A stretch of DNA of 64,000 nt from Methanothrix sp. (GTDB taxonomy: Archaea > Halobacteriota > Methanosarcinia > Methanotrichales > Methanotrichaceae), in NCBI GenBank assembly GCA_040770465.1, contig JAXGJB010000003.1, forward strand, positions 1-64,000. The letters are read 5' to 3'. The position numbers and the translations under genes were made by a program. This document shows positions 38,220 through 49,613 of this stretch, piece by piece (position 1 is the first letter of the stretch; each line of letters starts with the position of its first letter). The notes beneath the pieces are model-generated. The model was not told the DNA's origin. It made no database searches and saw only the letters and a program-made list of their open reading frames with translations.

Positions 38220-39320
38220 ATGATGATTAAAGACATTCAAAGTACTATAACGTTGGTCATCCTATCCATGATATTTGGTCTAGCACTGTTTGATGTAATT
38301 AATAATAAATTAATGGATAAGTTCAAAAATAAGACGTCTCCAGATTCGATAAAGATGTCTATTACAATTTTAATACCATTAGTATCAGCGTTTTATAATA
38401 ATTGGATTGTCAAAAGTGTTTGGAGTAGCGTTATAGTCTTCATCTTATGTATTGTATTGTTGGCATTTTTTTTCATATTTTTAGCGAGGAGCGCACCCGA
38501 TAGCCAATCCGGCCGATATACGAATGGGGGCTCCCTGAACAGCACTCCTAAGGAGGGGAAAAATTTAATTGTATCTTATTTTATATTATTAATTGCTTTC
38601 TTAGGAGTGGTATGGTTGCCAGTCTCCGCTTATATTGATGATCAGCCACCCATTATAACTAGTTTTACCTATGAGCCAACGGGCTTACAAATCTACGGTC
38701 AACCAGTTTTATTCATTGCTGAGGCAGAAGATGCAAATGATGATCAATTATATTACAGTTTTTATGTTGATGATGAGAAGAAATGTAATTGGAGTAAGTG
38801 TAATTATTGGATGTGGGACACATCAAAGGCAAACGCGTCTTCGCTGGATGGCAAATACAGGATAAAAGTCGAAGTAAAAGATGGCAACGGCCTTTTTGGT
38901 GATACCATGGACGACTTTAGAGAACTCGACTATAAGTTGGCATCTGTGAATATCGAATATCCAAAATATAATGATACTGTTAATGAGATGCAGATAGTAA
39001 ACGGCACCTCAAAGGGGATTGGTAGTGATCGGAATGACATGCTTTGGATATTTGTCAAAACTTCCCGAACCTGCTACCATCCGCAAGACAAGGGAGACCT
39101 ACAAATTGATGAGAACGGGAATTGGTCAACAGAAATATATTTATCTGGTAATACTGGAGAATATAAAGAAATAATCGCCGCCATATTAAATGATAGCGCC
39201 CTGAATGAAATTGTAGAATATTATAAAGAGGGTAAAAAAGAAGGCGGCAATTGGCCAGGACTTGACAGACTTCCAATCGGTGCAAAAGAGGTCGATTACG
39301 TATGGGTGATAAGAGATTGA
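38220..39320 (+). CDS. AT-rich membrane protein (about 4 TM) with extracellular Ig/PKD-like domains
   Basis: Hydrophobic N-half, 'DQPPIITSF...AEDANDDQLYYSF' and 'GKYRIKVEVKDG'. Confidence 0.7.
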   Translation: MMIKDIQSTITLVILSMIFGLALFDVINNKLMDKFKNKTSPDSIKMSITILIPLVSAFYNNWIVKSVWSSVIVFILCIVLLAFFFIFLARSAPDSQSGRYTNGGSLNSTPKEGKNLIVSYFILLIAFLGVVWLPVSAYIDDQPPIITSFTYEPTGLQIYGQPVLFIAEAEDANDDQLYYSFYVDDEKKCNWSKCNYWMWDTSKANASSLDGKYRIKVEVKDGNGLFGDTMDDFRELDYKLASVNIEYPKYNDTVNEMQIVNGTSKGIGSDRNDMLWIFVKTSRTCYHPQDKGDLQIDENGNWSTEIYLSGNTGEYKEIIAAILNDSALNEIVEYYKEGKKEGGNWPGLDRLPIGAKEVDYVWVIRD

Positions 39321-39779
39321 AAACTTTCCCTCGTTCGTTATACCACTTAAGCCCGCCTATGATTTAATGATAGATTGGCACTCGTTGGTCATCAGTTAAG
39401 GATTTTGAGCTACGTAAAGCTCATCCAAAAGCACTTGGGAATATATTGAGATGTTGTCTCTAATGTTTTGAAGACCTACATTGAGGCAGCTTAAAAGCAG
39501 GATCGAGACGCTGTTTTCATACCTCGATTAAGCAAGGTTGCTAGCCGGAACAATTGTGATCTCATTCGTTCACACCCCCAGAATCTCGGGACCAATTTTC
39601 GCAAACCTGATCGCTCCATCCGGGATGTTTCCCCGAATATTGCGCCCCAAGACGCACCAGAACGCTCAAATTTTATAAGTTATGTAATTTAAATTGGCAG
39701 GCATTGAAAGCCGCCCGAAAACTATTAACCCCATCCTCGCCGCAAGCCTTGACCTTCAATGCTCAAGCGAGAAATCGAG

Positions 39780-42745
<2,966 letters not shown>

Positions 42746-42775
42746 TTCGGAGCAGGTTTGAGGCGGACGCTGCCT

Positions 42776-43372
42776 TCAGAACCAGACCGCTATGGCCCTG
42801 ATCTCTGAGACTCGCCACTGGCCGGGGCCGAAGGCGCCCCCCTCGCTCCTCTTGAAGACGTCTCTGGTCTGGGGATCGATCAGGGTCATCTCGACGCCGC
42901 CCCGGAGACAGTCTCCTTCTTTTCTGAGATCTGTCCGGCCCCCGCCACCTCCGTTCCCTGAGACGACGCCGAAACGGCCCGAGTAGCCCTCCTCGGCGTA
43001 CTCGGCAAGATCGTCGCTCTGGACGCAGTCGTCGAGGCCCGCGGAACTCGTGCTCGGCTCGGAGATCAGGTCGTCGGTGGTCACAACCCCCACCAGGTCC
43101 CGCGCGAGAGGGCTTTTCAGCCTCACCATCCCGCAGGCCGACCGGCTGTTCATCTCCTTGAAGGCGTACCAGAGCCTTCGAGCCTGGTGATCCGGGTCCT
43201 CCCTATCCCCGTTCGCCGAGCCGGGGCCGAAGGACTGGACCACCTCCCAGACCTCCGACAGGGACAGGGCCAGGTAACATCGGTCGTTCGGATAGATCGA
43301 TTCGATGGGAACGCTGGTGGCAGCGTGGACCGATTCGAGAAGCTCCTGGTGAGATAGGACCCGTTTGGGCAT
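42776..43372 (-). CDS. Hypothetical protein, possibly an inactive MOA-lectin-C-terminal/papain-like fold
   Basis: Strong TATA upstream. 'DRCY', 'EDPDHQA', 'ACGMV' and 'LIDPQT'. Confidence 0.6.
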   Translation of the reverse strand: MPKRVLSHQELLESVHAATSVPIESIYPNDRCYLALSLSEVWEVVQSFGPGSANGDREDPDHQARRLWYAFKEMNSRSACGMVRLKSPLARDLVGVVTTDDLISEPSTSSAGLDDCVQSDDLAEYAEEGYSGRFGVVSGNGGGGGRTDLRKEGDCLRGGVEMTLIDPQTRDVFKRSEGGAFGPGQWRVSEIRAIAVWF

Positions 43373-43416
43373 GGCCTGTGGTTATACAAACTATATATAA
43401 AATATTTTGGTTGGGA

Positions 43417-44181
43417 TCAGTCGTCCAGCGATGAAAATTGGCCGGATAGGTGAGAGATCATCTCCTCCACCGACCTCTTGAGGACGGACCTGTTCTCGTA
43501 GCCCTCAAGAATCGATCCCAGATCCGACTCATCCTGACCCGCCATCTCGTCCACGAGAGAGATCAGGTTTGGGAGAGCCCTGACGACGTTGTCGACGATG
43601 GTCACCGTCGATGTCCTGGCGGTCCGGGAGAGGGGGTTCAGATCGACGGTGATCACCCTCTTTCCCATCCTGACCAGGGCCTCGCACCGGTCCCCGTCCT
43701 CCAGGGGGACGAAGACGACGTCGGCGTCGTATATCCCGCAGCGAGCGGCTTTGGCCCGAGCGTGGTCGAGACCAGGGATCAATGCGTCGGGGTTCTCGCC
43801 ATAGACCATCTCGGCGCCGAGGCTCCGGAGGAGGTCGGCGATCTTCTTCACCCGCTCCTCGGTCCGGTAGAAGATGTTCACCTCCAGGGGCGCCCCGATT
43901 TTGTTCGCGAGAAGGACCATCTCCTCGGGGACGAGGGCGGCGGCGTTCCCGTTGACGCTGAGGACGGGCCGTTCGGCCAGGAGGAGCATCGCGGCCGCCG
44001 CCCGTTCCGCCTCTTCGGCAGGAGGGGTCGTCTTTTCGCCGATGAGGTAGTCGAGGGCCTCGCCCCTGCCTTGCGCTATCAGGCCGTTGAGCCCTGTGAT
44101 CCCCCTCTCTACCCCCTCCACCACCTTCTCCCGGGTCAGCAGGGAGGCGTACCGGGGGTGGGATGGCGGCACGTCACTCAA
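43417..44181 (-). CDS. Phosphopantothenate synthetase (archaeal PPS)
   Basis: 'PPSHPRYASLLTRE', 'GRGEALDYLIGE', 'SVNGN' and 'VPLEDGDR'. TTG at 44181 overlaps the PoK stop. Confidence 0.93.
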   Translation of the reverse strand: MSDVPPSHPRYASLLTREKVVEGVERGITGLNGLIAQGRGEALDYLIGEKTTPPAEEAERAAAAMLLLAERPVLSVNGNAAALVPEEMVLLANKIGAPLEVNIFYRTEERVKKIADLLRSLGAEMVYGENPDALIPGLDHARAKAARCGIYDADVVFVPLEDGDRCEALVRMGKRVITVDLNPLSRTARTSTVTIVDNVVRALPNLISLVDEMAGQDESDLGSILEGYENRSVLKRSVEEMISHLSGQFSSLDD

Positions 44182-45004
44182 GGCCGGCACCCCCGAGGCT
44201 GACCCTCGCCGATATGATATCTCCAAACTCCGATAAAGCGTCCCTCCCGTTGATGGCGAAGACGCAATCGCCCAGCATCACCATGCTCGCCATTCCTCCA
44301 CAAGATTCCACAGCTTCCACGACATCTTCCATCCAACCCCTCGATAGGCCCGACCTTTTTGCAAACTCCCAGGATAGGGAGACGAACCTCTCCAGGGTCG
44401 GCTTCCTGAGAAGCTCCTTGAGGGCCCGCTCCCCCTCCCGATTCACCTCCCTCATCGTCCCCGAATCGGAGAGTACTTCTTCTGTCGACAACGGGCCCCG
44501 AACGATGCAGTCGACCTCCAGGGGCGGGACGGGGATTCTGTCGACGACCCCGAGGCCCGGCGCCCCCGGCGAGAGCCGGACCACAAGGCCGCCGGAGTTC
44601 TGGGAGATGACGTCGCCGAGGCCGGTGCCGCAAGCCACCTCCGCCACATGGGCCGCCTCTCCGACACCGCTTGCGAAAAGCCCCAGGCCGAAGGCCTGGT
44701 TGATGGCGTAGGCAGAGCTCAGAGCCCCGGCCCCGCTCGCCCCAAACCCCGATCCCAGGGGCATCGATAGCTCGGTCTCGACCCTGACGGGCAGGGGCGC
44801 CAGCCGAGTTGCGACCAATCTAGTGACCGGAGCCGGAGACTCGACCCCGTTCAGAAATATCGTCGTCTCCTCCGATCGGCGGACGGTGGTGGACGCCAAC
44901 AGATCGAGGTTTATGCCGCAGCCGACCGACCCAGCCCTTCTCGTGTCCGGGTCGCGCCGGGCGGCGAAAAACCCAGTAATGTGGGCGGGGGCTGTGGCCT
45001 TCAG
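44174..45004 (-). CDS. Pantoate kinase (archaeal PoK, GHMP family), probable CTG start
   Basis: 'APAHITGFF', 'AGSVGCG', 'PLGSGFGASGA' and 'GTGLGDV'. Confidence 0.88.
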   Translation of the reverse strand: MKATAPAHITGFFAARRDPDTRRAGSVGCGINLDLLASTTVRRSEETTIFLNGVESPAPVTRLVATRLAPLPVRVETELSMPLGSGFGASGAGALSSAYAINQAFGLGLFASGVGEAAHVAEVACGTGLGDVISQNSGGLVVRLSPGAPGLGVVDRIPVPPLEVDCIVRGPLSTEEVLSDSGTMREVNREGERALKELLRKPTLERFVSLSWEFAKRSGLSRGWMEDVVEAVESCGGMASMVMLGDCVFAINGRDALSEFGDIISARVSLGGAGLE

Positions 45005-46203
45005 GCGAACTCCTCCGCCAGGGCGTCGATGACGGCCTTTGCTATCGCCCTCTTCTTCCCGGAGACCTCGGACTTAACGCCCCCACGCCCCAGGATCAGA
45101 ACCCGGTTCTCCTCGGTCCCCATCCCGCCCTTCCCGACGTCGTTAGCGACGACCAGGTCGAGCCTGTTCTTCTCCATCGACTCCCGAGCCCTGGATATGA
45201 GGTCGTCGTCGGAGAGGAAGGTCTCGGCCTTGAACCCCACAATCTTGAGATGGGGGTAGAGGGACCTGACGTTCTTGATGATCTTCGAGGTGGGCACAAG
45301 CCTCAGGAGAAGCTCGCCACCGGACTTGATCTTCTCGGCCGACGGGTCCAGAGTGTAGTCGGAGACGGCGGCCGCCGCGATCATTCCGTCGTATCCTCCA
45401 CCGTCCAGCTCTGCCAGGACGGCGGCGAGCATGTCAGCGGCGCTCTCGACGTACACCTCCTTGAAGGGCAGCCCCAGGCGGCCTCGATGGACAACGGTCA
45501 CCTCCGCCCCTCGCCTCCGGGCTTCGAGGGCGATCTCCGTCCCCGTCTTCCCCGAGGCCCTGTTGGTCAGAATCCGAATGGGATCGACCCTCTCGGCGGT
45601 GGCGCCGCTCGTCACCAGGATCTTTCTGCCGGCCAGGTCCGCGGGGGAGAGAAGCCTCTCCACCTCCATCACCACAGTCTCGTTCTCGGCGATCTTCGCC
45701 TTCTCCTCCTCGATCCGGGGGTCGACGACCACGACCCCCATGGAGCGGAGAGCGTCCAGGTTCTTAGCCACCGCCGGATGGCGGTACATCGCCTCGTGCA
45801 TGGCGGGGACGACCATCACCGGAACTCCGCTCCCGAGGGCGGTGGTGGCGTAGGTGGTGACGGGGGTGTCGTCGATGCCGCAGGCGATCTTGCCTATGGA
45901 ATTGGCGGTGGCGGGGGCGATGAGGAGGAGGTCGGCCCGTCCTCCGACGCCGCAGAACTCAACGTGCTCGACCCGTCCGGTTATCCCGGTCACCACCGGG
46001 TTCTCGCTCGCGTACTCCAGGGCGTAAGGGTGGATGATCTCCGCGGCCGCCCCGCTCATGACGCAGTGGACCTCTGCCCCCCGGCGGATCAGGTCGCGGA
46101 CCAGGTCGACGGTCCTCACCGCGGCGATGGACCCAGTGACTGCAAGGACGATCAGCTTTCCAGAGAGCGAATCGCTCACCGTGCAGGATATGCTCGAAGA
46201 CAT
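45001..46203 (-). CDS. coaBC: Phosphopantothenoylcysteine decarboxylase/ligase
   Basis: 'VTGSIAA', 'APATAN', 'PAMH', 'IDP/VDPIRILTNRASG', 'GFKAET' and 'VVAND'. Confidence 0.95.
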   Translation of the reverse strand: MSSSISCTVSDSLSGKLIVLAVTGSIAAVRTVDLVRDLIRRGAEVHCVMSGAAAEIIHPYALEYASENPVVTGITGRVEHVEFCGVGGRADLLLIAPATANSIGKIACGIDDTPVTTYATTALGSGVPVMVVPAMHEAMYRHPAVAKNLDALRSMGVVVVDPRIEEEKAKIAENETVVMEVERLLSPADLAGRKILVTSGATAERVDPIRILTNRASGKTGTEIALEARRRGAEVTVVHRGRLGLPFKEVYVESAADMLAAVLAELDGGGYDGMIAAAAVSDYTLDPSAEKIKSGGELLLRLVPTSKIIKNVRSLYPHLKIVGFKAETFLSDDDLISRARESMEKNRLDLVVANDVGKGGMGTEENRVLILGRGGVKSEVSGKKRAIAKAVIDALAEEFA

Positions 46204-46326
46204 GTTCGTCAGGAGGGCGTATCCCGACACCTCTTAGAAATAAGTTCTCCTCTATAGTTCTCCTCGGACCCCAAGGGCCGATGAGCACAACGTTTATCTA
46301 ACAAATGGCCTTAGGGGATCTGCTGT

Positions 46327-46434
46327 GCCGGGGTGGCCTAGCTGGTTAGGGCGCCAGACTCATAGGGAAGCGAAAATGAGGCGCTCGTCTCCTGAGGCAT
46401 CTGGAAGTCACGGGTTCGGATCCCGTTCCCGGCA
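46327..46434 (+). tRNA. tRNA-Met(CAT), elongator-type, with 34-nt intron (46365-46398)
   Basis: Acceptor GCCGGGG/TCCCGGC, anticodon stem CCAGA/TCTGG, CAT at 46361, bulge-helix-bulge (CTCA/TGAG) and T-arm ACGGG/CCCGT. Confidence 0.93.
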
Positions 46435-46607
46435 CCTTACTTTTACGGATCGTCCTTCGCAATGTCATATTTGGGCACGTGAACTCGAAGTCGTTTGAGG
46501 CCTCGCTCAAGATCGATGATAGGATGCGGAAAATTTATCAAGCTTAGTTGTATCTTGGTCTTTGTTAGGTCAGACTGGGCAGATGCATCTACCATCATAT
46601 AAGTTAT

Positions 46608-46635
46608 GTGATACTATATGCCCTACCGATATCAC
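46608..46635. promoter_or_regulatory. Inverted-repeat operator GTGATA-N16-TATCAC
   Basis: Perfect 6-bp arms with a 16-nt spacer in the promoter region of the amidohydrolase gene. Confidence 0.4.
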
Positions 46636-46682
46636 TTACTTCTCAGAAGGCCGGTGGATCAATGGATTATCAGATGAGTTAG

Positions 46683-47501
46683 ATGGGGGGATTTTTCACG
46701 AAGCCGATAGATTTTCATGCTCACATTTATACCGATGAGATGGCGCCCAAGGCCATCGCCTCCGTCAAGAGGAGGATGGGGGTGAGGGTTCCGGGCCTTG
46801 GGACCGTCGCCGACCTCCAGGACTCGATGGCGAAAGCTGGCGTCGAGAGGTCGATCATCCTGCCCCTTGCGCCGCTCCCAAAGCACGTCGCTCCGACGAA
46901 CGATTTCTTCCTCGCGGCTGCTGGCAACGGAGAAGGACTCATCGCCTTCGGCGCCATACACCCATTCCAGCCGGACCTTGAGGAGGAGCTTGACAGGCTC
47001 CTGGCGGCCGGGGTGAAGGGGGTGAAGGCCGTCCCCTTCATGCAGAGGTTCTACCCCGACGACCCCCGCTGCGATCGGCTTTACGGGGCGGTGGAGGAGC
47101 GGGGGATGATCCTCCTCCTCCACGCGGGGAAGGTCCCCGAGGACCTGCCGGAGTTCTTCGGCACCCCCGACCGCTTCGCCCGGATGGTGGAACGGCATCC
47201 CGACCTGGTCGTCGTCCTCGCTCACCTCGGCGGGTGGGAGATGTGGTCTGGGGTCCGTGAGCACCTGATCCCCGCGGGGGAGAACGTCTACTTCGACACC
47301 GCCTACATCTCACCGAGCCTCACCTCCGCGGAGGCCTGCGACCTTATCTGTGAGATCGGCGCAGATCGGGTGCTATTCGGCACCGACTACCCTTGGACCG
47401 ACCAGACCGAGGAGATCGAGTTCGTCAGGGAGATGGACCTCTCGGACCGGGAGAAGAGGCTCATCCTCTCCGAGAACGCCCGAAAGCTCCTCTTCCGCTG
47501 A
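46683..47501 (+). CDS. Amidohydrolase family (TIM-barrel) protein
   Basis: 'IDFHAH', 'LLHAG', 'LAHLGG', 'YFDT' and 'LFGTDYP'. Confidence 0.9.
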   Translation: MGGFFTKPIDFHAHIYTDEMAPKAIASVKRRMGVRVPGLGTVADLQDSMAKAGVERSIILPLAPLPKHVAPTNDFFLAAAGNGEGLIAFGAIHPFQPDLEEELDRLLAAGVKGVKAVPFMQRFYPDDPRCDRLYGAVEERGMILLLHAGKVPEDLPEFFGTPDRFARMVERHPDLVVVLAHLGGWEMWSGVREHLIPAGENVYFDTAYISPSLTSAEACDLICEIGADRVLFGTDYPWTDQTEEIEFVREMDLSDREKRLILSENARKLLFR

Positions 47502-47556
47502 GCCATCCTCTTTCGCTGAGCCAACTTTTTTAACCGATCGAGATGGTCTCAGGGGC

Positions 47557-47751
47557 ATGAAGCGCGATCTGATGGAGATTCTGGCCTGCCCCATCTGCAA
47601 GGGCGATCTGGACCTCGAAGTATTCGAGGAGAAGGACGGCGAGATCCTGGACGGGAAGCTCTGCTGCAAGGGCTGCGGCGAGTGCTATCCTATCGAGGAC
47701 GGGATACCGAACATGCTCCCGCCGGACCTGCGGGAGGAGATGGCATCTTAG
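47557..47751 (+). CDS. trm112: Trm112-family methyltransferase activator
   Basis: '[14 protein letters not shown]...C..C...[13 protein letters not shown]'. Confidence 0.92.
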   Translation: MKRDLMEILACPICKGDLDLEVFEEKDGEILDGKLCCKGCGECYPIEDGIPNMLPPDLREEMAS

Positions 47752-47932
47752 GGGGCCGAAGGGCGCCTCTCGCTCGCAGGGTTTGTTCGTCCGATATGGT
47801 CAGCTATTTCGGCTATTCATCGGGAACCTCCAACTCAAAGTCCCGCCCCCAAAGACGTCTCTTAAAAATCCCTTTTATTTTGATCGTCACTCTTATCTAG
47901 GGACGAAAACCCTTCCCGGATACGTGATAAGC

Positions 47933-49543
47933 GTGAGATACATCGTCGTTACCGGCGGGGTGATGAGCGGCCTGGGGAAGGGTATCACCGCCGCCTCAAT
48001 CGGTCGGATGTTGATGGAGAGGGGCTACAAGGTCACCGCCATCAAGATCGACCCCTACATAAACATCGACGCGGGGCTGATGAGCCCCTTCCAGCACGGC
48101 GAGGTCTTCGTCCTCAAGGACGGTGGCGAGGTGGACCTGGACCTCGGCAACTACGAGCGATTTTTGGACGTGGAGCTGACCCGCGACCACAACATCACCA
48201 CCGGGAAGGTCTACAAGAGCGTCATCGAGAAGGAGAGGCGCGGCGAGTATCTGGGAAAGACCGTCCAGATCATCCCTCACATAACAAACGAGATCAAGGA
48301 GATGATTCGGGGCGTCGCGCGGGAGAGCGGCTGCGACGTCTGCGTCATCGAGGTCGGCGGGACCGTCGGCGACATCGAGGGGATGCCCTTCATCGAGGCG
48401 ATGAGGCAGCTCCGGAACGAAGAGATGGGAAACATCGCCTTCGTCCACGTCACCCTCGCGCCGACGACGACCGACGGCGAGCAGAAGACGAAGCCGACCC
48501 AGCACAGCGTCAAGGAGATGAGGTCGCTGGGGCTTCAGCCCGACATCGTCGCCGTCCGGTGCGCCCGGCCCCTGAGAGATGAGACGAAGTCGAAGATATC
48601 CCTGTTCTGCGACGTCCCCGTCGAGGGGGTGGTCTCCAACCACGACGTCGACGACGTCTACAAGGTCCCCCTCCTCCTGGAGGAGCAGAGGACGCCGCTG
48701 TACCTGATGAAGATGCTCCGGCTCTACCCCCTGGAGCATCGGACCGGCTGGGTGGAGCTGATCGAGAAGATGGTCTCGATCAACGATTCGGTCAAAATGG
48801 CGATCGTCGGCAAGTACACCGCCGGGTCGCAAGGGACGACTCACATGGAGGAGACCTACCTCTCGATCCGGGAGGCGCTCAAGCACGCCGGGATCGAGGC
48901 CGGGATCTGGCCGAGGATCACCTGGATCGATGCCGAGGATCTGGAGCACAACCCGCCAGAGAAGGTCCTCAAAGACGTCGACGGAATCCTCGTCCCCGGC
49001 GGCTTCGGAGCCCGTGGCACCGATGGGAAGATGGAGGCGGTGAGGTACGCACGGGAGAAGGGCGTCCCGTATCTTGGGATCTGTTTTGGGATGCAGCTTG
49101 CGGTCGTCGAGTTCGCAAAGAACGTCCTCGGCCTCAAGGAGGCCAGCTCCACCGAGTTCGGCGAGACCCCCCATCCGGTCATCACGATTCTTCCTGAGCA
49201 GGAGGGGGTCGAGGAGATGGGGGCTACTATGCGGCTTGGAAACTACGACGCCGAGCTGAGAGACGGCAGCATCGCCAAAAGGATCTACGGCAAAGACCTC
49301 ATCGTCGAGCGGCACCGGCATCGGTACGAGGTGAACCCCGACTACGTCTCCGCGATAGAAGAGAAGGGAATGATCTTCACCGGCAAGAACAGGAATCGGA
49401 TGGAGATCGCCGAGATCCCCGACCACCCGTTCTTCTTCTCGACTCAGTTCCACCCCGAGATGAAGTCGAGGCCCGGCCGCCCCTCGCCTCCGTTCCTCGC
49501 CTTCGTCGAGGCGATGAAGGAGCGGGCGAGGAAGCGGGGGTAA
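47933..49543 (+). CDS. pyrG: CTP synthase
   Basis: '[15 protein letters not shown]', 'KTKPTQHS', 'GICFGMQ', 'RHRHRYE' and 'QFHPE'. Confidence 0.97.
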   Translation: MRYIVVTGGVMSGLGKGITAASIGRMLMERGYKVTAIKIDPYINIDAGLMSPFQHGEVFVLKDGGEVDLDLGNYERFLDVELTRDHNITTGKVYKSVIEKERRGEYLGKTVQIIPHITNEIKEMIRGVARESGCDVCVIEVGGTVGDIEGMPFIEAMRQLRNEEMGNIAFVHVTLAPTTTDGEQKTKPTQHSVKEMRSLGLQPDIVAVRCARPLRDETKSKISLFCDVPVEGVVSNHDVDDVYKVPLLLEEQRTPLYLMKMLRLYPLEHRTGWVELIEKMVSINDSVKMAIVGKYTAGSQGTTHMEETYLSIREALKHAGIEAGIWPRITWIDAEDLEHNPPEKVLKDVDGILVPGGFGARGTDGKMEAVRYAREKGVPYLGICFGMQLAVVEFAKNVLGLKEASSTEFGETPHPVITILPEQEGVEEMGATMRLGNYDAELRDGSIAKRIYGKDLIVERHRHRYEVNPDYVSAIEEKGMIFTGKNRNRMEIAEIPDHPFFFSTQFHPEMKSRPGRPSPPFLAFVEAMKERARKRG

Positions 49544-49613
49544 GGGGAGAAAAGCGATAGGCTGCGCCGTAGGGGCGGGCGGCGCGGGAAATCTTTTTGG
49601 CTCGCCTCGTGGG

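Noticed and set aside
39330-39560. IS remnant ('SRIETLFS' resembles a DDE transposase motif)
   Set aside because: The match is too short, with no terminal repeats and stop codons in all frames examined.
46434-46680. Integrative element at the tRNA-Met 3' end
   Set aside because: No integrase and no duplicated tRNA 3' end were seen in the window.
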